This document shows, piece after piece, positions 35,000 through 50,100 of a stretch of 64,000 nt of DNA. The stretch comes from Bispira polyomma (Eukaryota). The translations under genes and the position numbers were made by a program. Position 1 is the stretch's first letter. Each line of letters starts with the position of its first letter. Location of the stretch: contig OZ287754.1 in the NCBI GenBank assembly GCA_965649765.1, positions 12,028,001-12,092,000 of the forward strand. Reading direction: 5' to 3'. The notes under the pieces are model-generated. The model worked only from the letters and a program-made list of their open reading frames with translations, ran no database searches and was not told the origin of the DNA.

Positions 35000-36700
35000 A
35001 GCGAGTGGCACAAAGCCAAACCTTTCAGCAGTCTGTGTCATAGAGGCAGTATAGTCGCTGCAGTGACTTTGCACTTTCCATCACTTGTGTGGGAACTTTC
35101 TTTAACAGAGGATGCAAATGTTTGCAACCCCCTACTATGCGACTTACATGTTCTCTCTCACAATGTTTTGTTACATTTTTTACACAAGGTTTTTTTTGTT
35201 TCACCAACCCAATTAACCAAGATTTGTTTTGACATATTATGTCAGCTTTAAGAAGTCCAGCAGACATTTGTAAACTAAAAAACCAATGTGGTCTAATCGG
35301 TTGGGTGTTGCTGTTAATATTGATTTATGTCTGGGACCAGACATGTCCAGCAAATGTGTTTAAAAAAGGTGCCTACTGTTTCATGGCTTTTTGATTGCTT
35401 ACAGTGACTGTTGTTAACGTAGATGCAGGCAGGGTAGGTACATGGCAGTTTTTACTATTTAAAAAGTTATTGCCACTTCGAGCCCTTGGAATTTGCCTTT
35501 GTGCATTTGCACGTTTAATCCGTTCAATTTTTTCAATGTCATCCAAGCCATTAACTTCCCCTTGCTCCATCCTGCATAACAGGACAGTGTTGATCGTCTA
35601 ATAAAGCTATAATGTAATCAAACATTTATTCCCTATTGTTTTCGCACTTATCATCTCCCATGGTGCGGCAATGCCATCCATCCATTGAACCATGTTTAAT
35701 TGGTTGGAGGAGAATAGTGCTTTAGTGCTGCCAACCAGGACATATTTATCGGGCCAAGGGACCCTTTCTTTTACAAAAATGTTAACAGCCACTCCAGTTT
35801 TTTATTTTAACTTTTCATCAATACCTGTGACAGGAAGTTGTGCAACCTGCCTAAGCCTATTCTGAACCTCTCACTGTATTTTTACTTTTATTGATACTGT
35901 ATCACATCAAAAAATATCGATACTGAGTGCAGTGACAGCCGAGGCTGCCCTGGCTAAACGTGTAGCCGCGACGCTGTCTGCCCTTTTAAGTTCACGCTGT
36001 TTTTTAGTTTTACCAGTAGCACTTTTCGGTTTTCATTTCATAACCTCAAGTCGAGCACTTATTGACTGCAACTGAGCTAGAATCTGCTCATTAATCATAC
36101 CTTGAGTGTCCTAAAAACTATTACTAGCCCTAACCTTGGGTAAAGTTTGATCACTATCCCTTTCTGGGTGTACGTTCACATTAATTCTACAGCTTCTACC
36201 AGTGGGTTTAGGAGACAACACAAGACTCTCGTCACTCTCATCACTACTACTGGACCTTATTAATTGGCCCAACTGTAAGTCACTGGTATCAATACCACTA
36301 TACTCATCTTCTTCAAAGTTTGCTGAACTAGCACACTGTCGATGGAAGTCTGTGTCCTCATCTAACTGTAACTGTATTGGCATTTTTACTCTTTTTTGAT
36401 GTAGCGTATAGGGGTGAGCTGTCTGTTTCTTGCTTTTCTTTAAAGCCATAGTAACCCAAACGCCAATCACCAATCACGTAGCGTATAGGGGTGAGCTATC
36501 TGTTTCTTGCTTTTCTTTAAAGCCATAGTAACCCAAACGCCAATCACCAGGACACACAATCAAAAAATAATTTGCCTTTTTTATATGCTTGATGTTGCTC
36601 CTTTGAATTTAGCTTGAAGAATAATATTAAAGATGGAAGCAGTGATTTAGTGGGAAATCCTATTGCAGGGAGGGGGCGAAGTCTAAGACTGTGTTATGTG
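35000..36700 (-). mobile_element. 5' relic of an Ngaro-like element (copy 4; gag only)
   Basis: IFVKERVPWPDKYVLVGS...QWMDG and MEQGEV...IERIKRANAQR match gag of copies 1-3. CCATCTTTAATATT (minus, ~36623-36636) matches the end of repeat A. Boundaries are approximate. Confidence 0.75.
36401..36549. repeat. Tandem duplication, 77-bp period
   Basis: GTAGCGTATAGGGGTGAGCT...CGCCAATCACCA at 36401 and 36478. Confidence 0.9.
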
Positions 36701-38095
36701 AAATTAACTATCTAGCACCTTGATGCTATCCCGCAAATAAAATTGTTACATATAACACCAACCATGCAATTATGCCAATGTAACCAAAATGGACACATTA
36801 AAATCATTGGCCTCTCATCTCTGGGGATCAAATCCAACAGGTACTTGCAATAGGTCTGTGGTTCCCGCACCCCTAATCCTGGCCGTCGCGATATCACCAA
36901 CGCTCTGTAAAGCGATGTAAAACCTAAATAAATTAATTTAGAAAATTCCATTGAATCTACCATAATGACCTAATACAAGGCCCAAATTAATAACCATTAA
37001 TAACCCCCATGAGAATTAACCTTCACACTTGGGACCAATGTAAGCCAAACGAGGAGTCTTGGTAACATGCAAGTGTCTTAGTGTAGTAAAGTGAATTTCA
37101 AATAACACAGAGTCAGTTTAAACCAAAGATAGAAAGGCCAATGAGCAGTGAATTGCAGCAAAGCAGCTTCATACTCACTAACATGTTTGTGCAGTGTAAG
37201 TGATAATAGAATGCTGATTTGACTAACAAATTAAATTTGCCAATTTTTGCTTTATCTGGTTTTTGGATTGGAGACATGTGCCCCAACCTTCCCCAAACAT
37301 GATCTAATCTAACTGTTATAGTGCCTAATCTCTGTTATAGTTCTAGCTGATTCTAAGGGGCATAAGACAGCAAAATTAATTTCATATAGCCATTACACAC
37401 AGAGGGTGATGACCGTAGAGACGCTGGAAGTAGTGGGAATGCTAGGTGGAAAAGCAAACATCACAACAGTTAATAATTTTTAAGAACTAACTGTACAGGA
37501 CTTTATTAGTTGAAATAATATCTGCTAAACTGCAACTAAAACCTACATTAATACATTTAATATATTCTACATATACTTATATACATATAATAATTAACAA
37601 TTTAGTAAATAATGTTAAAGTGAAGCATAATTAATGTATATTAAGTTAAGACATTATGTGGGGAAATAAGTTTACATTAATTACGGAGTTTACTTTTTTT
37701 TTTTAATTCGTCTTATATCTAATTTTATTAACATGTCTTGATTGGTTCATTACAGAACATTATGAAAAGCTGGTTGGTTAAAAGTTGCATACATATAGAA
37801 TGCCCTGACAAAAATATTACAGATAATCAGTTTACATCAACTACAGAGTTGATATGTCTTTCCATTTAAAAATATTTGTCATACTTAATTTAACATATCT
37901 TGATTGGTATAGTACAGAAAAAAATCTGTTTTGTTAACACTTGCGTACACACAAGGCATTAACAAAAACATTTTGATATCCTAGGTTTAATTTAGCAATA
38001 TTACATCCTAAACATACTGTTAACTATTTATATTAACTACTTGTTGATGTTTTTTAATCTTCTCCAGACAAATTAAACATGTCTTGAACGGTCCC

Positions 38096-39269
38096 TCACA
38101 GAACATTCTGAAAACCTCTCTGTCTGTCTGCCCACATATATCTTGGAGCGTTGTAGCTAACTGGAATTCGGTACTGTAACAAAGAAGTGTTGACAACTAA
38201 ATTTCAAACTATTACAAACAAAAGGCCAACTTAACATTCTTAGAAATGCAATTCTAAAAATTTACACTTTATCTCACCTAATCAGATTGGTAAATATTAA
38301 ATATATATAAAATCAAATTGGCTGAAGCAAAAATTTAAGACTAAGAATGTTTATGAATACCAGCCTAGATAAAAACAAAGGATATAATGGGCAAAGCATT
38401 ATAATGTAGTCTTGTACCTCAAGCATTTTGGAATAGTAGCAGTTATATTATGACGTTTAAAATCTGTCCTCTGGTTAGGAGTTGTTTTGATGAAAAAGTC
38501 CCTGGTTTAATTACCGGTAGTGCTAAAATGGCTACTTAGGGATAGCATCATTGGGCAAGATGTGAACAAACGATTGTCTGCTGATAACAGACCAATACAA
38601 TGTTGTAGGACTATCCCATCTTGGAAAATAGTGTCTTAGTGGATTAAATGACGATACGCAAAGCTTCAAGATAAAATATATATATATATATATAATATTC
38701 AGCACAGTATCTTGCTGGTTTTGTAGATTCATATCACTAATTTAACGATTTTATTGCATAATTACAACCAATAATTGTATTTGCCAACTGATGATAGAGG
38801 CTGACCATTTCTCGACATGCACAAAGGTTCTTCAGCCTGCTACTGAGGATAATACCCAGTGACAGAGTATCACCATTTTAAGTAGTCAGCTGAGCCATTG
38901 TGTATTAGCTCATTCTTGCACCAAGCTGGGACAGAACCCAGGTCAACTGTGGTTGCCCAAGCCATTATGTATTTGCCAGTACCTACTGAGATAGAACCAA
39001 GGTTCTCTGTGGTCATCCAAGAGGACCATCTGCCTGTACATTTCGAGCTACATACTAGATACGATTAATAAGAACAGAAAATGGAAAGAGTAGAAGTAGT
39101 TAACTTAAGATCATGTGCAACAATTTCAGGCCATTTTTCCATGGAATGTGTTAATTTAATTATAATCTCTCCTTATATGAGACTGTAACATATACATACC
39201 CAGTACTGGCCCATTTGCTCCGGTTTACCTGCTGGATTCTGTGAGTGACTACCACTATCCTTGGTGAAA
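38096..39269 (-). CDS. Cytoplasmic tail exons 39200-39269 and 38096-38173
   Basis: FTKDSGSHSQNPAGKPEQMGQYW|YRIPVSYNAPRYMWADRQRGFQNVL*; splice sites are canonical. Confidence 0.6.
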
Positions 39270-42200
39270 CTGATATATGTCAAAATAAAAATTAGTGGTT
39301 CTTAATCATGTTAATTTGAGACCATTAGACTATGAAACTGGTTGCTGCCCAGGTTGAAGATTTAGCAAAATTAAAATCTTTGCAATGCACAAGTCTCAAT
39401 TTTGCTGTAATTAGATTTGCAGTTTACCAATTTCCACACAAAATAGACAATAAATTTCTACAAACAGTAATATTAATAAGACATACTAACAAATAGTGTA
39501 AAAAAATATTTATTTAGTTAATTATATATTTTTATGACAAAGTTGCAAATGACTTGCCTGCTTTGTAAAATACACAAATATTTCAATGCTGTACATAAAG
39601 TCATAAACTCAAGGAAAGAAAGAACTGAGAAAAATATTTGGGTAATTGTTTACAGATAGCTAAAGTCACTAAAACACAGACCATAGACATAAAATAATAG
39701 TTGCTGTAAATATTTATTATAGTGCGATACAATAAAAGTACATGGAAAACTAATTCAAGTACTCTCTTAATCTATATATAAAGGTCCTTCTTAAGCTTGC
39801 AGGTTGAGTTTTTGTACATGACTTCTTATATTTTGCAAAATGGACAGATCAGTTGCACATTTCAAGAAATCGGTATTTTCATAGATTGTACATAAGATAT
39901 TGCCTCTATTCCTTTAATTATCTATACTCTTCAAGTTACCTGCGGTAATCACATCCCTTGATGATAGCTATGGTAACCATAACAATGACCAAAGCAAAAG
40001 CCGCAGCCACACCAAGTATGATGTAGAGAACCACACTTGCCTTGGAAGACTCTTCAGCTGGCGTTGTAGACAAGACTGTCATGGATAATGTAGAAATTTA
40101 AAAAAATTTTGTATTTAACTTTATAGTATCATTTATAGTCTTGTATTCAAAGCATTGATTAACTATTAATGACAACTAGAAATTCCCCGGATTAAAAAAC
40201 CAGACGCATGATAAATGACATGACTTATCAATGTCCCCAAGGTTTTTTAGTCTGCCACTGGAGATAGAACCACACATCACCACAGTGATAGGGTACTGCC
40301 ACATTAAGTGATCATCTAAGTCACTTTATATTTGGCTGTACTTGGACACCCCAGGTTGGGATCAACCCCAATTTATCTGTGTTCCTAAGCTAGTGTGTTA
40401 CCCACTTTGCAAAAGTGGCAGAAAATAAACATAATTTAACCCTTCACTAATGAGTGAATAGCTTTGCGACATCACATTAAAAGTGCCAGTATATTTCAGT
40501 CCTTCAGGAATATGCTAAAGACGCATCTTTAAAATGATAATGGTTTTTATTTTGTGTTGGTTATCTGTTGACCTGGTTCAAGTATTAGTTTAAGACTTGC
40601 GCCTTCTAATATATATGTTTTAAAAGGGTGTTATTATTTCTGTCGTTTTAGTGGAAAAATTAAATTGTTTGGTAGCTTAATGTATTCAAATGCACATGTG
40701 CCAGATTAGTGGGGTTACTAATACATACACAAGCACTCCTACCTCTCCATAATGACATCATATTTAATCATAAAATCATAAGTTGGTGGTAGACTTGCTG
40801 AAGGTTGGTTGTTTACAGTGCAGAAATCTCGGTCAATTAACATGTACTTGTTTTTTCTACTAGTAAACTGCCCATCATGATAAAATATGCAAGTGTTAAA
40901 ACCGATATTATACCCTAAACAAACTCAATCTAAATTGGATTGGTTTTACCATTTGTCCAGTCATATTCGTTGGATTGTGGGTCACAGATTTCATCAGGAT
41001 TTGCAGCATTCCCCATCCCTTTAGGTATACACTCAGCATCAATAACACAAGATGAGTTCTACAAAGTGTTATAGTTTAGGTCACTACATTTTCCTATAAA
41101 TTTTGGAACATAACTTAAATTTGCTGCTACTCTATCATAAAACCTGATAATAGCTGAATTATATCTAACTGAATCCCAAAAATACGGAATTTCAACAAGT
41201 ATCTGATACACTTGATCTTTTATTTATCTGAATAAATTTGTTGGATGATTTGGTTTAGACTATAGAGAAGGTTTATCAAACAAAAGGGCTATTTTAGTAC
41301 ACAAACGACATGAAAATAAAAGTTGGAATAGTGAAATCGACAGTAACTACTTGAAAAAGAAAATATTAGATTATTAATACAATATTTTACTCTATAGTGT
41401 ATCTGACAGCATATGAATTTGCACTACCATATGCTACAGAAATAAAGGGGTCCTCAGTAGTGTGGTGGTAATACATTCACTTTCCATGTCAGCAGTTGTG
41501 GGTTTGAATCTCACCCATATCTATGTACGAAAGGTAGCTTTACACTTGCTGAAGGCCGGTGTTTTGAAGAAAAGAAAACCTAGACCAACTACCCTATTCG
41601 AACTTCCTCCACCAGCGAACTGCCCGTCATGACAGAACACTAATGTTTAAAGCATTGTTAGCTCAAGCTAACCTAAACCTAATACACTTTCGAAAGTACA
41701 ATGGCAAACATTACAATGGTAAAGGTTTATACAATTTTTTAACAATATGTATGTGAAAAATAGTGATTTCAACTGGTACCTAAATCCTAGTTTGTACAAC
41801 CTGATTAACACAAGTTGTACTTCAGTAACAAGTTGAAATATTTCCTCAAAATTATAAACAGATAATAATTTTCAGTTGAAAAATTCCATACATATATATT
41901 ATTATTTAAAAGGCAATCATTTTATTTGTAACTGATTAATTCGCCTGTATTTTGCATCAAACTTTGTACAATTTGCTGGGTTCTTCTTTGACACCATCTT
42001 TGTGTGCTAAATTTTACTTGCCTTTGCAAAGCAAGAACCGTTATCAAAACACAAAAACAAGATATTTAGAACCCTTGTGCAAAGTGGTTTTAAGTATGGG
42101 CACGTGTATCGTGGTGCATTCCCAAGTTGTTTAAACATTTTGAAGCAGTCAAAAAACAACTTATATGGAGTACCTTTTTATTACAGCCATCGTCAAGACT

Positions 42201-45200
42201 ACAAATCCAACAGTTACTGTCATAGATGAGAAGAGACTTGGCTTCTGAGTAGCTCTCATTGTTATTGCTGATAGACACCTCCAATATGTAGGGGAGGGTA
42301 CTTTCTGGCACAGGGCAGAATATCTTCTGGAAATGTTCAAACTGACCCTCAAATAGTTCTTGTCCCAGGGTGTCCTGCCTCTGAATCTGGAAATTATCAA
42401 GCTTATTATTTGTGTAACTATGAACAGAAATTTACCTGGATGGAAATTTAACTAGTTTATCATTTTTAGCAATTCACTGAAATAAATTTTCACTCTTCAC
42501 TAGTTTTAATACTTGTTAAAATTTTCACTGTGAATTAATTTTCATAAAATTATCATTAGTGTTCAACCTATCTAGTATTTCATGTCTTATAGATTGATGT
42601 ACTAACACTGCTTTGTAAAACAAAAATGTATTAATAGTATCAAAGATTACTTCCAAAAGGTTGTGTTGAATTGAACAAACATCACAGATGATCTGATTAT
42701 TTAAACCATATCAGTAAATACACCATTCCCTTGGTAGATAGTGATAGTCATTTTGTACACCAAGACATCATTGTTTTCATTAAGATTCACTGAAACCATG
42801 AAATCGGTAATTTATACATAATTAAACCTAAACAAATTGATGATAAGTTTAATGAGGAATCAAGATAGTTCCATTGTATGATTTTAGAGTTTGGCAAAAC
42901 AATGACATAGAACAATTTTACAATAGACCATTTTTTTCTCAACAAAACATTCCAAGCAAAATTAATTTTGGACTCACATTCCAAACTTGTACTGCACAGG
43001 TTAAATGTTCCGACTCTATAAACAAGTCTCCATATACAGGTGTGGACACACAAGGCCTGCTCAATTTGTCACACAAGCCTCCACTTGAAAAGTGGCTGAG
43101 TAATGGTATGTGGTTTTTGTCAACAGAACAATCAGTACCTGTGTAATCCTCGTCACAAACACACTCTCCTAAAAAGAAATAAAAGTGTACTTCATTTCAC
43201 AATATCACAATTGACCTAAGGCAGTTTCAACATTTATAAAGCAGCAAATTGAAGAGAACATCCTATAGTGATATCCAAAAATGTGAAGTCCAGCAAAGGT
43301 TGTTGCCAAAAAAGCATCCACCAAGGGAAAGGTGACTAAGGAAGGGGGTAGGCCAGCCTGAAAATGGAAGTTTTCAGATGGTTTCTGAAACCAGCAATTT
43401 TATCATGTGATCTGACAGTGTGTGGGAGCTTGTTTTATTCAACAGGAGCCGCAACAGCAAAACAGCACCTACCAATTTTTCTGTTTGGTCGGGTTAAGGA
43501 GACGGAGAGGCGGTTTCTCTGGGTAAGGCCACCAGATTTGAGGACAGATAAAGAAGTTGTTTGAGTTTGGTAGCCTTAAACACAAGAAGGTTGTCCTTCA
43601 AAAGAATGTGTTGTTTGCAGGTAGCCAACGGAGTTTCTTTAGATAGGGTGAGACAAGGCCTGTTATATTGAACTTATTGATACCATACAGCAAGGAGTTG
43701 CATTAGCCACCTGAACCGCATTTTTGAGAGTGAGGTACCTGCGTATTCTGTGTAGATCACGTAAATGGTAGTAGCAGGCCCCTCAGACACTGGCTACATG
43801 ACTACTGAATGAGTTATCTCGGTCGCAGATAACACCAAGGTTTTTTAATTTACTTGATGGTGACATATTCTTGTTTAGTAGACTGATCGAGAAAAAATGA
43901 TTTGCAACTGTGTCGAGTAGCATTTTCACCTATTGTGATGAATTTGATTTTATCCGGGTTGAGTTTAAGCTTGAGGCTTTCCATCCATGTTTGAACAGCT
44001 TCAAGGCATGTTGCCAACTCTGATATGCTTGAGTCAAGTTTTTGCATCTGGCGCTAAGTATATTTGTGTGTCATCAGAATACAGGTGGTGAGTGACGTTA
44101 AACTGAGAGATTATTTTACTGAGGGGAGTGGTGTACCTGGTAAAAAGAACAGGGCCCAATACAGAACCTTTTTTTGCTCCAACTAAGGACGGTGCCGTCG
44201 ATGGCAAATCAATCAGTCACACAATTAAAGGGCATAGTGTGGAGGATGGTATCAAAGGCAGCAGACTGGTTTACCATTGTTAACAGCGGTTGATACATCA
44301 TTTTGAATTTTGAAATCGGATACAGGTCTGTAATTTTTAAGGATGTTTCTTTTGAGGCTGGGTTTCTTGAGAAGTGAAGAAAGATAGGCGGTTTTAAAAC
44401 AAGAGGGAAAAATGCCTTCCTGGAGTGAAAGATTTATGGTACCAGTAATGGGTGTAATAAAAATGTCGATACATTCCTTCAACAAAGATGTTGGGATTGG
44501 ATCCAGAACCCCAGATGTATGGAAGGAAATGAAAGTGTTGCGTATAGTGGGTGATGACAGGCTGAACCCGGGTTTGATGATTTTCTCCAAGAAAAATTTA
44601 TCAAAAATATTTTCCAAATCTGCCACTTATTCGCAGTCAGGAAGTATAACTGTACAGGATTTGTTGTTTTTTTGTTTATTTTTAAATTCCACAAGGCCTT
44701 TGGGATAGCTTAGTGTAATGGCTGTGTTTGGAGAGTTTCATCCTGTGGGTGTAGCAATTAACTGCAGTGTGGTACCTGCACCTGTTTATGCTGGACATGT
44801 CTTGGCACCAGGTACTTTCCAGTTAAGCTTAAGCCGTTTAGCAGCCATGATCTCCTTGTTTATGAAACCAGTATCAGGGTGTTTTTCTTTTGCTTCTGGT
44901 GCATGTATATAGACTAGATCTTCAAAAATCTTGAAAAACTGCTATCTCAAGCATTATTTTATTAAAATTAATGTCTGAATTAATAGGATAAACTACTTTT
45001 CTGTGCCCTTTTCAAACCAAGGGCAGCAGATGTGAGAAAAGAATAAGAACATAACAATTGAGTGTAATTCTGGATACCCTTGTCAAAAACACTAAAGAAC
45101 ATACCCTGAGTACATTGGCCATAATCACTGCAGTCTGCTGGACAAATAGCAGACAAAAGATCCTCAAGGATACTGAGTCCAGAAACTGCAGAGGTGGCTG

Positions 45201-47106
45201 ACATAGTAGACAGTGTCTCATTCTTTTCCAGTTCTTCACGGCACACTGAGATAATGCTTTCTAGCTGCACAATGGCAAAGTCAGTATCCCCTGTGATCTA
45301 GACCATAAAGATTGCCCATTTAAGTTATTTATTAATTGTTTTGGTTATCGTATTTATTTATTGCCTGTTTTGTAAATTAACCATTAGATATATTGGCCTC
45401 TAGCTGAACTATGGCATGGTCAGTCATCCATGTGATTTATACAAGACTATACTAGTTTTTTGTTAATTGTTTTTGCTATTTTTGTTTATTGTCTGTTTTG
45501 TACAAATATTATTACAGATAATAGTCTAGCTGCATTATGAGAAAATGAGTGTTCCCTGTGATTGGTACCAGAAAAAGTACAATTTTTAATAATACAGTAG
45601 AACTTCTATTATCAGAACATTTTGGAAGAGCAAGATCTTGTTAGGTTAAATAAAGGTTTATAAAACAGATAAAGCATTTTTCTATCAAAACAATATGAAC
45701 AAACATATTTGGGATATTGGAAATTAATTTATAAAATTCTGATAACATAAGTTTAAATGATAGAAGTTCTAGAGTATGTTATTTGTCTGTTTTATATTTT
45801 AAAGAAATAGAGACTGTTTAACATGATAGGCAGTTCACTGGTACAGGGTATCAGAGAAGGACAGTTGGTAAAGGTTTTATGCTCTGCAAATTTCCAGTCT
45901 TCAGCAAGTTTACTACTTACATTCCCACATAGACACAAGGGTCAAGGTTAACTATAATGTATAGGTATTGTATAACGGTGTCCTTACAAATATATCCTCT
46001 ATGCAAGTATCAATGTTGTTCTGTAGGTTGACTTGCCCCTGTTCTTGACATAGTGTGACAGCAGTCCTGTTTGACAGATAGTCTGTGCAGAAATCAAGTG
46101 CACTGTTATGGCTCCATTCATTCACCCAGACTGGTTCCTACCAGAAGACAATAATGTGATGGGTTGTAAAGTTACACAATAATGTTTCTGACAGTAATCA
46201 TCTAATTTATCAGCTAGTTCACAGAGTAACCAATGAATACAATTTTGTTCTAAACATACAGTTATTTGTATTGAATAAAATTCATCTTATTTCCAATTTT
46301 ATCTAAATATATAAACAAAATAAGAAAAACCACATAACATTTGAAAACCCAATGCATGTTTATATACATGCTACTTGGGGGTTAAATATTAGAAATTGAC
46401 TATGCTTTGGGTGATTGTCTTCACAGACATAGTATAAACTATGCCATGAATATTTGTTATACCGCAGATGATTGGTCCAACTGGCAGGTATAAATATCAT
46501 TTAATCAATGTATGTATAAAAATTCACCGGTGCAACATAACTTGTATCATAGTTGAATACAAATTCATCTTCATCATCAATATCATCAGTGCTGGCAGTT
46601 TGCCGTTTGGTCTGAACACATCTAAGTCTACTGCTAACTGTGACGTCTGTCCCTAAACACCACCAAACAACAGAAACTCCAGCTGTTAGATTTCATATCT
46701 GGTCATATTCTGACATGGGCCCAGTTTGCATACATAAGAAAATAACGTAAATGTGTTAGGTCAGTAAATGGCAAACACTTTATTCAATTTAATAATGTGA
46801 ACCTTCCTTTGTGATGTATGGACGTGCATACTGGAATGTAGCCACTAGGGATTCTAAGAAACATAGTTTACTGTGTGCAAAACTATGGCCCATTATAATA
46901 ACATTATAGATGATTTATAAGTAATACTAATGCAACATACCATAGTTCTTGTAATTAATCTGAGAATCCAGAGGGGAGCACTGCTTGTTTCCTGAGGAAT
47001 CATACTCACAAAATACCACATTCTGCTCAAAACTAGTCACTGAAGTGATGACAAAGGATCCATAGAAGAGGGACTCTGTGTTTATAACCCTGTTGTAAAG
47101 TACACA

Positions 47107-47144
<38 letters not shown>

Positions 47145-50100
47145 CATATTTGTCAGAGAAGCACAGTGTTACCAGTACCACAGTGTTACCAGTACCCTGC
47201 CAATACCGGGGAGCATTTTTAAATTTCCCATTACATTATCTCCTGGTAATAAATTACTCCATGTGGTAACATAAAATTTATTTTGAGTTATGGGTGGGGG
47301 GGGAGGGAGTAGCCTTAACATTGGGGTAATGTAAACTTTACAGCAGGGCAAGAGTTTTGAAGGGTGGGGCTACTGTGTTACTGTTTAATTATTTAACTAA
47401 AATATTGTTTTGACTCTATTACCTTGACCTAAGTAGATAATGTGGGGAAGCTAGTAGTAGAATTGCTAAATGCAGTGAAGACAAATTGGCCCAGTAATCT
47501 GCTGTACTGGTTTCTACCACTAGTAATCTTTTTATCATGATATACTGTCTTTAGCAAAAGTAAAAATGCAATATTATAGAGTGTGATAATCCATCGGTAA
47601 TGTCCTGTGTACTAAAAGTAACAGTACAATAACACATTTTTATCAGGAGATATGCTTATAAAATGGCCCAATATCAATCCATATGGGCTTCCCATCACTG
47701 TTTCAAACATAATACGTGCAAATAATTGTATTAGTTTTTAGTTTAAAAATGGTGCTGTCATCATGCTTTTGTCAGATCATGATCGGCAGTTTATTGGTGG
47801 AGGAAAGGTTTAGTGACTGGAAGTGGTTACTATGATTCTATAGCAATGCTCAGATACCTCACGATAATAATGTACTTTCCGAATCCTACCTCCAGCTGTT
47901 TATGAAGTCATACGGGTATTGCCTTCCACAGTAACTATTGCACCCACAGTTATCATCAGCCAGAGCGACCTGGTCACTGTTCTTGAACTTAAGGTCATCT
48001 GTGCAGGTATCACTCAGTACTCCACAGATACCCTCTACATTGTTTACATCACTTAGGGCAGCATAGATGTATATCTCTCTGGGGTTGATGATTACCTTCC
48101 CACCAGTTGGTAGATAGATCTGAAAGTATTTGCACAGGCGTTTGCACTCACAAGAAGACAAATCACGAGTTGCAACTAAATTTAAATTTAGTTTGGTTTT
48201 ACATCACTTTTAACAGCTTTGAACATATCATGAATGGCCAGATTCAATGGCGGAAGAAACCAGTGCTGAAGCACTGTAAGCCACCAACATAAGTCAGTAT
48301 ATGGTGAGAGACCAATGATTGTGAAGCAAACACTTCAAACAACTAGGTCACTGTGGCCCCTACACAAGTTCCCACAAATCATGTGCACAGAGTACAAAGT
48401 ACTCTGCCCAAAGTTTCCTGATTAATAGATGACCAATTTAGTGATATATCATTGAATTTAAGGCATGTCAAAAATATCCTGGTCATGTCTTAGGGAATAT
48501 AGCAGAAAGAAAAGCATACATTGAAATGAAATGCTATCTTCTGATAAATAATTCCTGCGGTATTAAAACGACTATTATTATGTCACTTGCTTTTCTATTT
48601 TAAAAAGATGTTCTGATAAAAAATTCCAGCAGTATTTAAAATATTATTATTAGTTAATAAATGTATCCGGCTTTACTTTCACAATTATTTCACTTTCCTG
48701 TTTCACCCAGACCAATTACGTTTGTAAAAGCTTAATTTGGAGTTAAATAGTGCAATATATGTTGTAGTATGAATCCTTCTTGTCCTAGATAAATGTTGTT
48801 CAGGTGCCACAATTCCCACATACAGCAGGTTTGTAAGAATGTCCTTACTTTTAGCCAGGTAGACTATTTGAAATAAAATATTTCTGAAATAATATATCAG
48901 GAATCTTGGTGAAAACCATTCCTGATTAAGCCAAACATACTACAATTTCATGTCCATTTCTCTCTAATTTCAACTGCAGTGCAGAGTTGTCTTCCTGACA
49001 CTGGTAAAACTTAGCATTCAGTCCCGACCGGGCACAGTAGTTGGCCACGTAGAGGTCTCCACCAGATTGTACAGCAACCCCGCATACTGAGGTGTAAGTG
49101 TCTCGTCTCTCAAAGTAACCCTGAACCTAAAGTGTGGAGAAAAACAGATAACATTAATTCAGAATTGCGTCATGCAAATCTATACTTGACAAAAGCATTT
49201 GTTTTATATTATTTTATTATGAAAGATTATAACACCATTATTTCTAAATTATAAGTAGAACACAAAATGATACAGTTACAGTAACTAGACAAGACATATG
49301 TATGCCATATAAATCTGTATGCTAGTTGTAGTATTCCCATTAAGCCCGTTATTTTGTATTGAATGCGTACATTATAGTAGCATCAGCTGTCAGTTTCTAG
49401 AACCAGTCCACTTCAATTTATTTAACTTGTTTACAACATATATGTGACCCAGGTAGGTGACTTTAAATTGTTTACACCTATATGTCACTTATGCAGGTGA
49501 CACTTAAATCAATTGTGGTTTTAGCAATTACAGGGGAACCACAAAGGGTTCCCGCCAAAAACTTTCAATCTGGGCATAAATAAGCCAAGGTTGGCCATTC
49601 TGAATTTAAGTTCTAAGCAGTACAGAAGGAAAATTTGGAGAAACATATTTTAAATAGGGACATATACACTTATACAATATTTTACAAGGTTTTTATGTTG
49701 TTATACAGAAAGCTGTTTTTATAGTGATAACGAATAATACAGTAATAAGTGTTTTAGTGTGTTAAGTCCACAAAATGGGACCAAAGATCCATTATTCAAG
49801 AAACTCTTAAAGGGCTAGATGCTTCACGTGCATATCCCTACACAAGCCTCCAGTGAGGGAGAAGTGTCTTCGCCAGAAGATTACGGATCGTACGGCACTA
49901 TCTTCAGCACCAGAGGAACACACACTGGATGAACAGGTGATAAGTGGGCAGCTAAAGGAGGGACACCCACAGGTCACAGCAGATGAGACGGCTAACGACT
50001 CGCACGTACAGCCAGACGTCCATCCGAAATTGCGTACAAAGCCGCCTAGTAAGAAACGCAGCCATACAGCCGACATTCTAGCTAAGTTAGATGGCATGAT

